DNA of 63,291 nucleotides, the filler included, from Choristocarpus tenellus KU-1152 (lineage: Eukaryota > Protista > Phaeophyceae): the NCBI GenBank assembly GCA_964200185.2. It is 10 parts of 10 records of this genome, joined end to end, with 100 filler letters (N's around TTAATTAATTAA, not from the genome) between each part and the next. Parts side by side here need not be neighbours in the genome. Positions count along the whole stretch, not along the records: positions 35,254 to 39,540 come from CAXNAD020015281.1; positions 39,641 to 44,984 come from CAXNAD020011079.1; positions 45,085 to 48,858 come from CAXNAD020017998.1; positions 48,959 to 60,254 come from CAXNAD020002402.1; 6 more parts are not named here. One strand, given 5' to 3'. Of the stretch, positions 38,937-52,000 are shown in pieces. The notes below the pieces were generated by a model. It ran no database searches. It worked only from the letters and a program-made list of their open reading frames with translations, and had not been told where the DNA came from. Position 1 is the stretch's first letter; every line of letters begins with the position of its first letter. A program made the position numbers and the translations under genes.

Positions 38937-39178
38937 ATATGAATCGTGTGATTCTGTGACACCATGGTTCACTCAGGTAAGGGGATTTTTTTTCGCTCAC
39001 CCATCTCTTAACTCCTGTAGATGTATTTATTTAATATTGGCCGAGCAGAGTTCAAGGCTACTGATCGACTTTGGCATGTTCTCATGTTAACACTGCAGTT
39101 CATAGGGGAAACACCTGTCTTCAGGAAACCCCAGTGGGATTCCCCCTTGTTCACACAGATTTGCAATAACCAAACCCT

Positions 39179-39437
39179 GAGTCAAGCTATCTTAGAGGGT
39201 AGAGCCGTGTCCATTTTGGGGTCAAAATCCAATGTTGCAATTTTGATGTAATTTGGGCTATCATATTTGTTGGGAGATGTCAATATCCTTGTTCCTGACA
39301 CACCTTTTCATAATGTATACGTTTTACCTACTCCGAAACATTTTGGAGACGGTAAGATGTCACTAAAAACCCGTGGGAAGCCAAGCCCCGAAAGGACAAA
39401 CAGGGCAAAACTCGTACCCTCTAAGATACTTTCACTC
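39179..39437 (-). mobile_element. MITE family A copy
   Basis: TIRs plus 4-bp TSD CCCT. Confidence 0.93.
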
Positions 39438-39640
39438 CCCTATCCCTATCCCTGTCCCTAACTCAAACTTCTATGTGAAACGTATTCTTATCCAGGCAAG
39501 GAAACTCTCTAGGGGTCAAAGTATCTGGGGGGGGGGGGGGNNNNNNNNNNNNNNNNNNNNNNNNNNNNNNNNNNNNNNNNNNNNTTAATTAATTAANNNN
39601 NNNNNNNNNNNNNNNNNNNNNNNNNNNNNNNNNNNNNNNN

Positions 39641-40128
39641 ACTTCAACACCTTCGCAGTGGAAAGTTTGGGCGCCTAGGCAAGCAAGCGGAATGCTTCCT
39701 GGATGAGCTGGCTACTCACATGGTAGGGGGGAGAGGAGCGGGAGGATATTGCAGGAAGGGAGTAGACAAATCCTGGCTACGCCAAATTGTCTCGGTGACT
39801 ATGCAAGTGGCATTGTCTAGACGTTTCATGAGCTTTAAACTAGAGTCACCAGGGAGATCGGCACGGAGGGTTTATTGGATTCTTGGGATGCCTCCCTCGC
39901 TCCCCCCCCCGGGGCGCAGGAGTAGGTAGATGGGAAGCACAGAAAGACAGAAAGGCAGTGGTACAGTATTGATAGTGGTGAAGTAACTGATTAGTGTTTT
40001 TCACACTTACAGTGTTTTATAGTGTTCACATTTATGATATTTTATTTATTTTGGGCTTATACTGACGTATGTATAGTTTTCATTTGTTTTCCTCCTAACA
40101 CATCTGCAAAATGTCAGAGAGAAGAATA
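39641..40128 (+). mobile_element. RLE-LINE 3' fragment (ORF end, 3'UTR, A-rich tail)
   Basis: FNTFAVESLGRLGKQAECFLDELA; 3'UTR ends CACATCTGCAAAATGTCAGAGAG-AAGAATAAT. Confidence 0.75.
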
Positions 40129-40153
40129 ATATACAGATAGTGCGTTTACAAAC

Positions 40154-41170
40154 AGTACGTGCACCCTACTGTGGTACGGTTTCTGCATGAACTAGGCAGT
40201 ATGGTCAATTGAAATAGAGTACTTCTGGACAGTAGTGGTACGGTAGGGTGAATAGAACCGAAGGTCGCCAAGCTACAGTTGTGCACCGCTTTTCAATATT
40301 TCCACAGTTGCCAACAGTTGGTTGTAGATTTCGACGGTAGATTTGTGTGTACACCATATGTCGGCATTTTCCCAAACTGTAACCATAGGAGTGAAATAAC
40401 CGTATAATTCTCCACGGTTGTAACATCGGTGTAGGGCCCTACACCCTCCCGCTTCCCTTTCCCCCTTACTGCAGTATGCATGGGACGTGTCCTCCTTCAC
40501 ACGGCAGTTGGCAAAAGGTACTCTTCAACCACACCCTTCCACAGCTCCCCCGCAAGATCACATTCTTCCTAGCGCCAGGATTAATAATACAACGAAAGTG
40601 TTAAGCGGTCTTGTTCAGAAATGTCTTTCACTGCGAGCTTAAAGCTTCAGATGGACTTTTGAATGGCTAAAGAATATATTCTCCTCACTAGGTGTCCATA
40701 CTATTGTATCAGAGAAAACATGCGAAGGGAGTCAGCATGCTTAACCAAGATGCATGCAGCCATATTGGCTGCATATGCAAGTAGTCCGAGTAACTAAATA
40801 ATGTCCTGTAGCCCTGCTCTAACCCTTTGCACTAACCCACTGGCGAAAGCTCAACCACACGTCCATCAATCTCAGGCTTAGTCTGTCAAGATTGTCAGAC
40901 AGTAAATAGACCCTTTGACCACAAGTAATGGCCTTGCCCCTAAATGAGTACAATCCTGCTGCCACCATGTCGGTCAAGTTCCTTGATTGCTCCAATTGAA
41001 ATCGCTTGGGCAAGGTTTTACCTTGGTTATATTTAAAAATATAAACATATACACTCATATTATATCTTCTTGCTTCAGTACAGCAAGTTCTCTGATTCGC
41101 TGTTGCAGCCACCTCCTGTATGCACCCTGCCCTAAAATTTCAACCTAACAGTATTTCCTGTGGCGTATAT
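40154..41170 (-). mobile_element. Possible decayed pogo/Tigger-like DNA transposon
   Basis: CAGTA-type terminus at 40154 and a DRLTLSL fragment resembling the DDE_1 K-x-R-L-T motif. Weak. Confidence 0.3.
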
Positions 41171-41369
41171 AATCCCTGTCAAATTTGTTGCTTTCACTTC
41201 CCCTAGTGACTTGCCCCTTTTCTTGGCTTGTTGCTCCACGGCCTTACAGCCAGCACATCTGCCACCTTGACAGCTGCTCCCCCTCCCTTTTGTCGCTCTG
41301 ATCTGCTCTCTACCTGATGATACGTTTCCTTGACCAATAATGATATGCAGTAAAAAAAAGCCATTCTCG

Positions 41370-41860
41370 GTTTTTCTTGGTCACAGCAAATGGCTCTCTT
41401 CATTTTCCTTGGCAGATAGGAACTGGGTCTCATGACCTTATTTCGCAACTAAGAAATGGTACATTTGACTTTGGCAGTTGGCAATTGACTTTCACGATGT
41501 TGCTTCAAGATTAGCAAATGACATTCTCGATTTTCCTTTACAGCTAACATCTGGCACTCTCGATCTTAGCAGCTACTTGGCAATGACTCTCTCTGTCTAG
41601 ATTTCTGTCTCTTGATCTTATTTGCCAGTTCAGAAATTGCACTCTTGTCTTTGTTTGGTAGTTAACAAATGGCACTACTCGCGATTTGATCTGGCATTTT
41701 TTTTGGAAAACGGTAGTCAGCAATTTTATTTAGTAGTTTGTAACTGATGTCACATAGATGGTAGTTTGCAAATGGAATTCATGATTTTTTTTAGGAGTTA
41801 GTGATTGGCACTCTTGACTTTTGCGGTTGGCAAAAAATTGTTCTTTGGCAGTATCCAGCC
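41370..41860. repeat. Degenerate ~30-bp minisatellite (GCAGTTAGCAAATGGCACTCTCGATTTT-like)
   Basis: About a dozen eroded units seen by eye. Confidence 0.6.
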
Positions 41861-44800
41861 CCTTCGAACTTTTGCCTCTCACTGGTTTTCTTTTCAAGGT
41901 TCAGGTTATGTCTGAGTTTGTGGTTGAGAGGCACTGCCGTGGCAGGGACCTCTTCTTGCAGTCCTGAGGAAAACCCACTATCTTACGGATAAGACCTCAT
42001 CAGCGAATATGCGCGTGTGTGCGTATGCATTCTTGGTACATGTGCATACATACAACATGCAGAGAGAGGCAGAAACTAGCAGACAATAACTGGCTGACAT
42101 CTCTCACTTACTGAGTGAACACATACATGTTGTGACGCATCTACTTATCTATAATATGTCATGAGCACTAGATCGAATGATACAGAGCAAACAGCAAACA
42201 GTCGAGGTTCTGGAGGAATCGCAGATTACCCCCACCCACCCTACATAGTATAGGGATTATTAAGCATCCCCGCTTGAGCCCTAATACTGAATGGTGCATA
42301 CTACGCATTGAAAGATGCACTCTCCCAACTCTCTGTTGTGCTGTAGTAGTAGTGCATAGTGTAGGCAGTGGTTGCTTAACGATCGAGTCTTCGGATCACT
42401 GGGTGTGGAGGCACTTGCCATTCGACAGGGACCTGCTGTTGCATCAACGGACAAGGTCTTGAAAAAATTAACCGTTGTTGTTAGTGGATATGTTACATAC
42501 ATAAATATATATGGTAGAAAACATTATATATCCTTTCTTTCCTCGTCCTCCTTGTATACACACATCCATGCATAGACCTTTACTATACATAATTATAGGA
42601 CAAGTTGAACTGTATTGTTTACAATGAAAAGCGGATCAGTGATTGAGTGAGTGCAGGGAGTGGTCCTAATACAATAGCTAACATCTAACAGGCGTTTGTG
42701 GCGGTTTCATTTTTTCCACAACCCCAATCCTGTTATAGGTGACAAGAAAGTCTCAGGGATTTCCCCATCCCCCATTTTCCCAGGTAATCAGTACCACCCT
42801 CGAATTTGATTGGGTGATCTTAAAGTTCAATAATCTAAACCATTCTTCGTCCGTGGGGGCGAAAGACACTTGCAAGGTCTTTCCAAGGTTCCTTCTGAAG
42901 CTACTCAGCATCGAGTCATGACCCGAGCGGTGCCTTGCGTTGCATTTGCAATGTTAATATTGGGTTTGCAAGAGGTTGAATCATTCACCGTGGGTAGATA
43001 TGGGGCATCTAGTCTTCCCTGGTCTAGGTGAGATATCATCCAAAGGTGAAAGAGACGTACTAAGCGCCCCCTTGATGTGGCACCATAATCCAACAACCAT
43101 TTCCCACATTTGATTAGACATCTAGGTATCGTTTAAGAGATTCTTGCTGGCGTGAAATTTTATGAACATGGAAGTAAGGAGAAAGGAAGATGTTTTCCAC
43201 ATAATTTGGAGTGCTTGCGCCCTCAGGTCCACCAATCTCCATTGAAAGTGGGGTGAATTTCATCGCTGATGAGAAGATAACCTAGGGACAGGTGGTATAA
43301 AGGTCCGATGTTGTGAGCCATAGAGGGAGGTTGGACTACAGCGAAGTATTCTCTCGACCCTTTTTGTGAGGACAAGGAAGCCCAAACTAGATATATTGTC
43401 CCATACGAGCTCTCCAATAGATATCCTCTCCTCAGCATTGACTACCCCTGGGTGCCAAGTTGATCAAGTGTTCATTCAGTGATGCGCCTCAAGGCATCTT
43501 GACGTTCCACCAAACCCTGGTGTGCAGCTTGAGGTAAAGGTTTCGGGCTTTCCTCAGTAAGAAATGCCTCCAGGGGCAGATGGATTCTTCTTTCACATTG
43601 TTGATCTCGTAGCAACGTAATACTCTGCATGAAGCCGAAAAAATGTCCACGTTCCGAAAGTAGTGAGGTCTATCGTATCTCGAGAAGAAATCTGTCACAA
43701 AGTCGCAAGGGTGTCTTTGAATCTGGAAGTTGCCTCTTTCCACATGCAAACCAGGTCATTGGAGTTTTCATTGTCTCCAGCCTGCGTCTCTGAGATGCTC
43801 CATTCCTTCCACGATTTTTTTCGACTTAATCCATATCGCCCTCATTGTACTGCCCTTCTTCCAGCTTCTCCAAAAGTGTGACATAATAAGAATATGTTGA
43901 GGGTATGTTTTGGTTGCTGTGTTTACTGTACATGTTTGCCTGTGTGTGTACATTCCAAGAATTCTGTGTGTAAAAGGGTTCGACTTAATAAATTATTTCA
44001 TAACCGCTGCACAAAACAGAAAAAAACGAATTTGTTCAATTATGATCTCAATTATTTTTTAATTAATTGAACTGAGTCGATTAAACTGTCATTGTTGACA
44101 ACGCTAGTTTTTATACCTTGCTACACATCCCTCCTTCCTCCCTCGCCCTGGGACAATGACCCACAGCCTCTTCCAATCCAACATACACCTTTTTATCCGA
44201 TATCAACACTTCCAACCCTCTTTTTGTTTCCTACCCCCCCCAAAAGACTTTCCCATCCTATCTCCTAACATCTCAACAACCTCTGAACCCAATCTTACAA
44301 ATCATTCCCACTTTCTACCTCACCACCTACCTCCAACCACCCCCACTCTACCCCCATTAGGACTTGCCAAGGAGGCAGGATTTGTCACCCACTTGTATCC
44401 ACCACTTCAGGCATTGTGTTTTCCAGTCCATATCAGCAGTACAATGTGTTTACCCCCCCTCGAGACACTGTTGCAAAGACTGTCACAATGGCGCTGGCGC
44501 AAAGTGTCCCAGGAGCCTCAGGAGGCAAGGACGAGAAGTGTATGCTGACAAATACCCCAAGGCCTAAGACTGTGAAGGTATTAGGAAAGCTCTCTCTTTT
44601 TGTCTTTCTTTGCTTGTGTGTTTTGTTTAGTGCTTCTGCTTGTACGCCACAATGCACTTGGTAGATTGTATGGTAGATTGTATGGTAGATTGTATTGTAG
44701 ATTGGTAGGCCCTGCAATTGTATTGTAATTGTACGTTTTGGTATTGTGAATAGGCTGTACTCCTTAGCAGAGAATAGGTATACCTTTGAACCCTAACCCT

Positions 44801-44927
44801 AACTTTAGTACAATCTACATGTCTGATAAGTCACTCACCCCTTTGTCCCTGCTTTGTCAACATACTCTCCCCTGGTCTACAGCCTCTGATATACAGTCCA
44901 GTCTCCCCCCCCCCCCCCCCCCTTGCT

Positions 44928-44964
<37 letters not shown>

Positions 44965-45287
44965 ACCCACCAAGGGGAACCCAANNNNNNNNNNNNNNNN
45001 NNNNNNNNNNNNNNNNNNNNNNNNNNNNTTAATTAATTAANNNNNNNNNNNNNNNNNNNNNNNNNNNNNNNNNNNNNNNNNNNNGAGGGGAGGTCAAGTT
45101 CGGGCGGGGTAGACGTCTTCTAGCTCAAAGGCACGGTATGAAGGGGATGATGAAGGGGGGTTCTTGGATGATTGTGGAGTGGTGTTGAATGGTGTTAAAT
45201 GCTGTGGTGGAGTGGTAAGTGGGGTGGGGTTGACTGAAGTGGTAACTGGTGTGGGGTTGAGTAGGGTTGAAAGGGTTAGGGTGGTAG

Positions 45288-45445
45288 AGACTGGAAATCA
45301 ATGGTGAAAGGGGGTTCGCACTGGTTGGTCATCGGATAGAGGGGGTGACTGGAAATCAGTGGTGAAGGGGGTTCGCCCTGGTTGGTCATCAGATGCGGGG
45401 GTGACTGGAAATCAGTGGCGAAGAGGTCACACTGGTTGGTCACAA
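45288..45445. repeat. ~57-bp tandem repeat x~2.7; dispersed copy at 36978-37027
   Basis: Repeated GACTGGAAATCAGTGG...CTGGTTGGTCATC. Confidence 0.85.
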
Positions 45446-46957
45446 GGGTTGTTAGAATAGGGGGAGAAAATGGAATAGGGAGGAATACAAATGTAGAATA
45501 AAATAATAATAATATAGTATTCGTGGCAAAACAAAATTGATATTTGGATATGAGACCAATCTATTAAACTATTAATAATGTTACCTCGAAAGACCAAGAG
45601 ATTAAATGTTGATTTATTTTGGCACCTACATTTTTTTTTTTTCCTATGCTGCGGAACTTTGCTCAAACGTGTTTTTCGTCAGAGGTAGTTTTCTCCAATG
45701 AGGAATTCTAGCGTACGAAAAAAAAAAAAACTTACATATTGAAATAGTGTATAGTATGCAGGTGCCAAAAAGAGGCCTACTTTGTATAATGCGAAGAGTT
45801 CAGAATGTGTATACCTGTACGTGACAAGTAATATGACTCAAGTGTAGTGCTGTACGTAGGATGGTATATGGGGTGTAGGTAATGAGAGAGAGGTTGGGAA
45901 GGAGATACGGAAATGCTGAGCAATATGCCACAGCACGTGAAACACAGGAAAGTAGGTGAAAACACTGACCGGAAGGTTGGCAAAGGTTGAGAACGTGCAC
46001 ATGACATTACAAGATCGTCCGTATAGATATGCACAACATTAACGGATGGCTGGAGATTATATTCATTAGGAGACGTTTCCGGTCATATGTTTGCCTAATA
46101 TATCAAGATGCACCATCATCACAGCAGTGGTGTCTGCCTCATGTTCACCAAACGCCTAAGGGCTACAGGAAGCATCGAAAATCTGCATTGAGATACACAC
46201 CACGTGTTGTTGCACTGCACAGGATTGGGGAAAATACAAAATGCAGTCTACCAGAGGTTCATCTTCGGATGCGAATATTTCACACAATTCTTGTTCTTCG
46301 TTTTTTATGTGCTGCAGCTAGGGGTTAGGGCTAGGGATATTGGTAGTGGTGAATTGGGCAGTGAAAGCAAGCACATTGGCAAAGGAAAGCCGAATTGATA
46401 ATATTAAGCACTGTTATTGAAGAACCCTCCGTCTATGTCAGAGTCTCCTACCCCTGCATCTTTCCGTAGGCCTTGGAGAGCACACCATTCCGCCAGGCTC
46501 GGTTTTCATCTATACCACGGTTTTTTCCGTTTGCACACCTACCTTTCCGGTGATGCATTGTACGCATGGTAGGATTTTTAAGGTTAGGGTTGTTGCTCTT
46601 CTTTGACTGCCAAATAAATGCCATGTGCAGTGGCAGTAGACCCTTGAAGTAGTAGATAACATGCTCAAGGTTGAAGCATAATGCTGGGATGATGATGATA
46701 TTGCAGTCCTTACTCTGGAGTGCAATGGATCCTGCTGAGTATTTCGAGTGTTTATTATTGCATATTTTTTTTTTTGCTTTTTTTTTTTTTTTTTGGGGGG
46801 GGGGGTGTGTGTGGGTTTTTTTTAAGTAAAGTTGTTTTTTTTTTTAGCTTTTGTTTGGTGATCGTTTTTATTTTTTTGTTANNNNNNNNNNTTTTTTTTT
46901 GTGTGTGCTCTTGCACCCCTTCCCTCTTCCCTCCTTTGTCCCTTTTTGTTTTTTTGG

Positions 46958-47004
<47 letters not shown>

Positions 47005-47651
47005 GGGGGGGGGGCTGTGTGTGTGTTTCTTCAAAGTAAAGTTGTTATTTGTTCAAGCTACTGTGAGGTCATCGTTGTAATATATGTGCAAAACCGGGGT
47101 AAATGGGTCATCAGTCATGCCCAGTTCTTCAAGCTCTAGATCTTGGTCCCCTACGCCATTATCCTCCAAGGTCTTGTCCATGGCCACCGGAACAAATTCC
47201 TACGCACACACCCACGGAAGCACAAGCAAATGAAAACGGCATGAACACAGGGGACAAGGAGGTGAACAGGATCGGTAAACATAGAAAAAAAAAAAGAACA
47301 AGAAAACCCCCTAAAGTGCTTTCTTTTATCTTCGTTAGGTAGAAGGCGTTCATAGACGGGTTAGGGTTTCCTCGACCGTCACGGTGAGGGTTCCATTTCC
47401 CGAAAGCCCCAAATCCAAACAAATATACATTGTTTCGGTGGACAATGGAAAATGCAAAAGAAATTGCAAAAGAAAATGCAAAAGAATCGCCCTTCTCTAC
47501 CTGTTGTGCTTCAAATGACAGAAAATAAGGAGGCTCCCTGTCTTCATCTATACACACACTCCTCGAGCAATATTTCCAGTCCTACGCCTTGTACAAGTGA
47601 AGGTGAAAAAATATTAAGCACAAGAACACATTGTTGTTGTTGTTGGGAATA

Positions 47652-47794
47652 CTACTCCCTACTCCCTACTCCCTACTCCCTACTCCCTACTCCCTACTCC
47701 CTACTTCCTACTCCCTACTTCCTACTTCCTACTTCCTACTCCCTACTTCCTACTCCCTACTTCCTACTTCCTACTTCCTACTTCCTACTTCCTA
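47652..47794. repeat. Heptamer tandem repeat (CCTACTY)~20
   Basis: Direct inspection. Confidence 0.95.
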
Positions 47795-49099
47795 TTTACC
47801 GTACTTCGCAAATAAAAAAATTGTAAACAAACGTTTGAAGAGAGTAGGGCAGGATTAACATAATTTTTTTTGGATCAAACGAAGGTGTCTAATGACTGTC
47901 TATTGAAGCAGTTCCGAGAGTGAAGCTTTTGATTTTGATAGTCATTTTTTTTTTATGAAGGCAATGCTGTTCTTGTTTGTTTAACTTCCCTAACCTGGTA
48001 GAGGAAACACTAGAGCAGAGGAGAATGTGTTGAGAGCATTGGAAAATAAGACTATGCTTTCTTGGTTTCAATGGTCGCTGTCCCTTCACGATTAACAAAG
48101 GTGGTGCATTCTCTCTGTTATTGGTACTATTGTCAGTATTATTGTTACTGTCATTATTTCATTTATTTTGATACTACTGATATTTCTATTATTATTGTGG
48201 TGAGTATTATTATTGTTATTACTATTATTATTACAATTTTTATATTACTATTGCTATTGGTATTATTATTGTTGTGAGTATTATTATTGTTATTACTATT
48301 ATATATTGTTATTGTCATTACTATTATTTTGTCATTACTATTATTTTGTTATCTTTATTGTTTCATTATTATTGTTATTGTTCTAACAAAAATAATTATG
48401 AACTTTTTCCTTAAAATCAGTCAGAAAGAGAAGAGTGAAGAGAGAAGACAGAAGGGAGGAGAAGAAAAAACAACCATTCTAGAATGACATTCTAGAATGA
48501 ACATCCCAAGACTCTACCTGCCACTGAGAGGGTGGGATGTAGAATGTACACCTATCTATCTACAGAATGTGGTTTGGGTGGTGAACAGGAGGGATTTTAT
48601 TAGAGGTTTGTTAGGGAGATTGTTCTTTGGGGTCAGATTAGTTAAAGTAGATGGAATGATATGTTGACCATAGAGCAAGTGTGCAAACAATGTAATAACT
48701 GCTTAAAATAGAAGAAGATTTGTGTCTGTTCCAGAACAACCATGTATGGAATTTTTTATTTTTTAGAGAAATAAGATTTTTTTTTTTGAGGACTTCAAAG
48801 AGTGATCAAGAGGAAGGATTTTTTTTCTTCGACAATTTCGGCAAGAGCGTCAATCTAGNNNNNNNNNNNNNNNNNNNNNNNNNNNNNNNNNNNNNNNNNN
48901 NNTTAATTAATTAANNNNNNNNNNNNNNNNNNNNNNNNNNNNNNNNNNNNNNNNNNNNAGAGGACCCCCCGTTGTGGCCCCCCCCCCCCCCCCCCAGTTA
49001 CTTTGAGCCCTATGCCTTCTCAATTTAGTGCTTCAATTTGTAGAGGTTTCTTGTCCCTAATACTTGACCTATCTTGCTTCAACTTCCATGAATGCCCAG

Positions 49100-52000
49100 G
49101 TGCGCGAGGGTTTGATCAAGATGTGCGGTATTGTCCACACTTCCATCAGAGTGTTCGCTGACCGCTTCTATGATGAGCTGGCCCGTAGGGTCTATACCAC
49201 TCCCAAGTCTTACCTGGATCTCATAAACAGCTACACATCTACACTAGGCTACCTGCAAGGACTGGTAGAAGTCAAGGCATCACAGATGGAGGTGAAAGAG
49301 GCGGGATTCCAGTACTCCTTTGTGTCCATTGGCAGGAGCCCAAAATTCATTTGGAAACAACCTTCTTTTGTGGTGCTATAGATTGTTTGACAGGGTTTGC
49401 TGGCATTGTTTGACAGAGATTGCTGGTAACAGTATGCTCTGACGACATACACAGAGCAATAGTGTGACTTTTCGGAATTCCATAAAATATCGTAAGATCA
49501 TGATTTCACCCCCTTAGCTGATCTCTGGAAGAATCAGAAGGGGACAAAAAACAAGGACTGCAAATGCTGTACAGTCAGGTGCACCTGACAATTAGTCGTA
49601 CATTAGCAGATCTCTACTACCTCCATCCACCAACTTAAATATCCACGCCCTCAACCCTACTTTAAGGCCCAAAGTATCTGGGGGGGGTGGCGGCTGTCCA
49701 TTATGAGTCAAATTTTTCTCTTCGCGATTTTTGGGTGATTTGATTGCATACGTCGGATGGATAATGTACATGCACTTTTCCTGATTTTGGTCCAAATAGA
49801 CACCCTGGTGTAGACCCCCCCTCCCCCCAGATACTTTGGGTCTTAATCACCGTTTTTTTTTATTATATTTGACATTTTGATTCCTTAGGGATGAAGAACC
49901 CAATTCCATGGGCTAACAATCTCTAGCTTTGATTTCATTTTGCGCCTTGAATTGGTGAAGTGTTGTGGTCGACTGATGCAGTATCCCAATGTGTGATACT
50001 CGACTGAATTCCCTAAATCCTAGTGTTTGTGAATCACAACAATTCAATCGAGTCATCTTGTTTGATTGAAAAAAAACCGAGATGCGAATGGAAACCTTTC
50101 AATTAGTCGAAGAATTCTCGTGCATATATGCGCACTGCAAGATTATTATTAAGGTTTCTTGTGACGTCCACGTTTCCACAAGGCCACCTCACTTCATGTG
50201 ATGCTTGGTGCACCTTACTTTCCCTCATGCACTGCGTGCATGATTTGGTTTAATCAAACAAAACAAATTATTTCGAACATATTTTACCTCATACTCCCTT
50301 TGTCCCGTAAGTCTGCGACGTTAAGGGTGTAACTTCTCCACATGACCTTCAATTATAAAAAAACACGTTGGATTCCTTGATGTCTTTTACGTAAAAATCA
50401 TTCTCCTTCGCTTACCTTGTGAGCATCAATCCATCAGTCCACTGCCGTGTCGATAGCCTCTCTGTCGATTCTGACCGATTTTGGCAAACTTCCCTCAAGT
50501 TAACTTTCCTTACTTCCGGAAGCTGTACCTCGAAATCGTTGCCCCATAGCGCCTTCAAAACTTGATTGTACCGCCTTAAAAGAGATTCTCCCACACCCTC
50601 TCTAATGTACCTGCGTCATACACACCGCACACGCTCCTTACCCCTTTCACAAAGTCGTCTATCATACTGTAATGCTCCCTCTAAAATCTAGTTGTCTGGG
50701 AAAAGAACCCAAATCGTTCATATTGAGATCAGGTAACCTTCCAGGCTGCGTTACGAGTTTGATGTTCCACCCCCCCTCCCTCCCAGCTTCATTGAACTTC
50801 CGGGGCGTGTCTTTTCCCGTATGGGAGGTCGCTGCTCCTGCTGCGTGACCACCTCCTCGCCCTCTAACCATGGCATTTTTTCCTTCAATGCAGGGAGAAA
50901 AATCTCAATGTACCACTCACATTACCACTTAGCGTCGATGGTTACATCGAGGTCATAGTGCTAACCATCTCGGGGCCGGCCAAATTTCTCTTCGCCTGCT
51001 TAATGACCCTAAAAACCAGATTCTAGTCTTACCGTCGAAATCACGGGAAGGATCTGGACCTGAAACGAAGCAGATGAATATCACCTTAGGATTGTGACTC
51101 TTTTGTTGTACCTTGGCGGAGTACACTCTTCCCTCCCCGGAACGTGTGGATACGCTCCCCGTCACGGATGAGGTAGAACCATGCTTCATAGATATGAATC
51201 GTGTTGAGGCCGTTTCTGGAATTGATGTGGTTCCTTGCTGCTTGGTCAAGGATGAAAGCTACCCACTTCTTTGAATATGTCAGCGACAGGCTCGGGGCAA
51301 TGCGACGTTTGAACTTTGCTGCTCCCATCACTTTGAGCCATCGCTGAGCCTTTGAGCTACCGACTATGAGACCGACCTTTTCTAACTTGGCAGACAACTG
51401 ACCAAGGGTCAGGGTCGATTCGCAGCGTTGGCCTTTTAAATCTTCGCATGCTTTATCGGTGTGAAGTCTGATCGTTGCCCACTTTGCACTGATTTCAGCG
51501 AAAGGGTGTTTTCATTGACCAATTGTCCTCGTACACACACCCACAGTCGTCTTGGATACTGTTCGCCAACTCCAAACTGCTCTGCCAAATTTGATCCAAC
51601 GCCTTTCGGAAACTGTTTCTTACCGGGAGGTAGCGCTAAAGCTTAGCGTACGGCCAGTGCATTTTGACCTTCCTCGCTCAACTCGCATTTTTTCCCCGGG
51701 CTGATGGACTCCTGACGAAAGACAGCGGACTTACCAGAGTGGCCATATTGGCTACGGGACTCGCATTGCATATGGTCCAGAGGCTAAGCAAGAGTCATAC
51801 AGCTCTTGATGAGGTGCTGAAATATTGTGTGACGATGGGGGGGTGTTGTACGTGCCGCCAGGGCAGCGCAGCTCCTGAAAATGGAGTCGAAGAGAACCGT
51901 TTTTTCGGTCCCACTTCTTGGAGACTATTTCGGAACAAAATACTAACACCCAAAATAGGGGAGATCCCCCGTCTTCTGGAGATCCCACTGTCCTTGGGGA

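Noticed and set aside
42700-43900. Possible decayed LINE coding region on the minus strand
   Set aside because: No diagnostic RT motif is readable; too degraded to call.
44789-44802. Telomere-like CCCTAA/TTAGGG (also ~14705, 46320, 60701)
   Set aside because: Only 2-3 units; no evidence of a chromosome end.
46760-47090. Hydrophobic poly-Phe ORF and local duplication
   Set aside because: T-biased corrupted copy across a 10-N gap.
47452-48487. LLPTPYS-repeat and Ile/Leu-rich ORFs
   Set aside because: Translations of heptamer and (TAT)n repeats.
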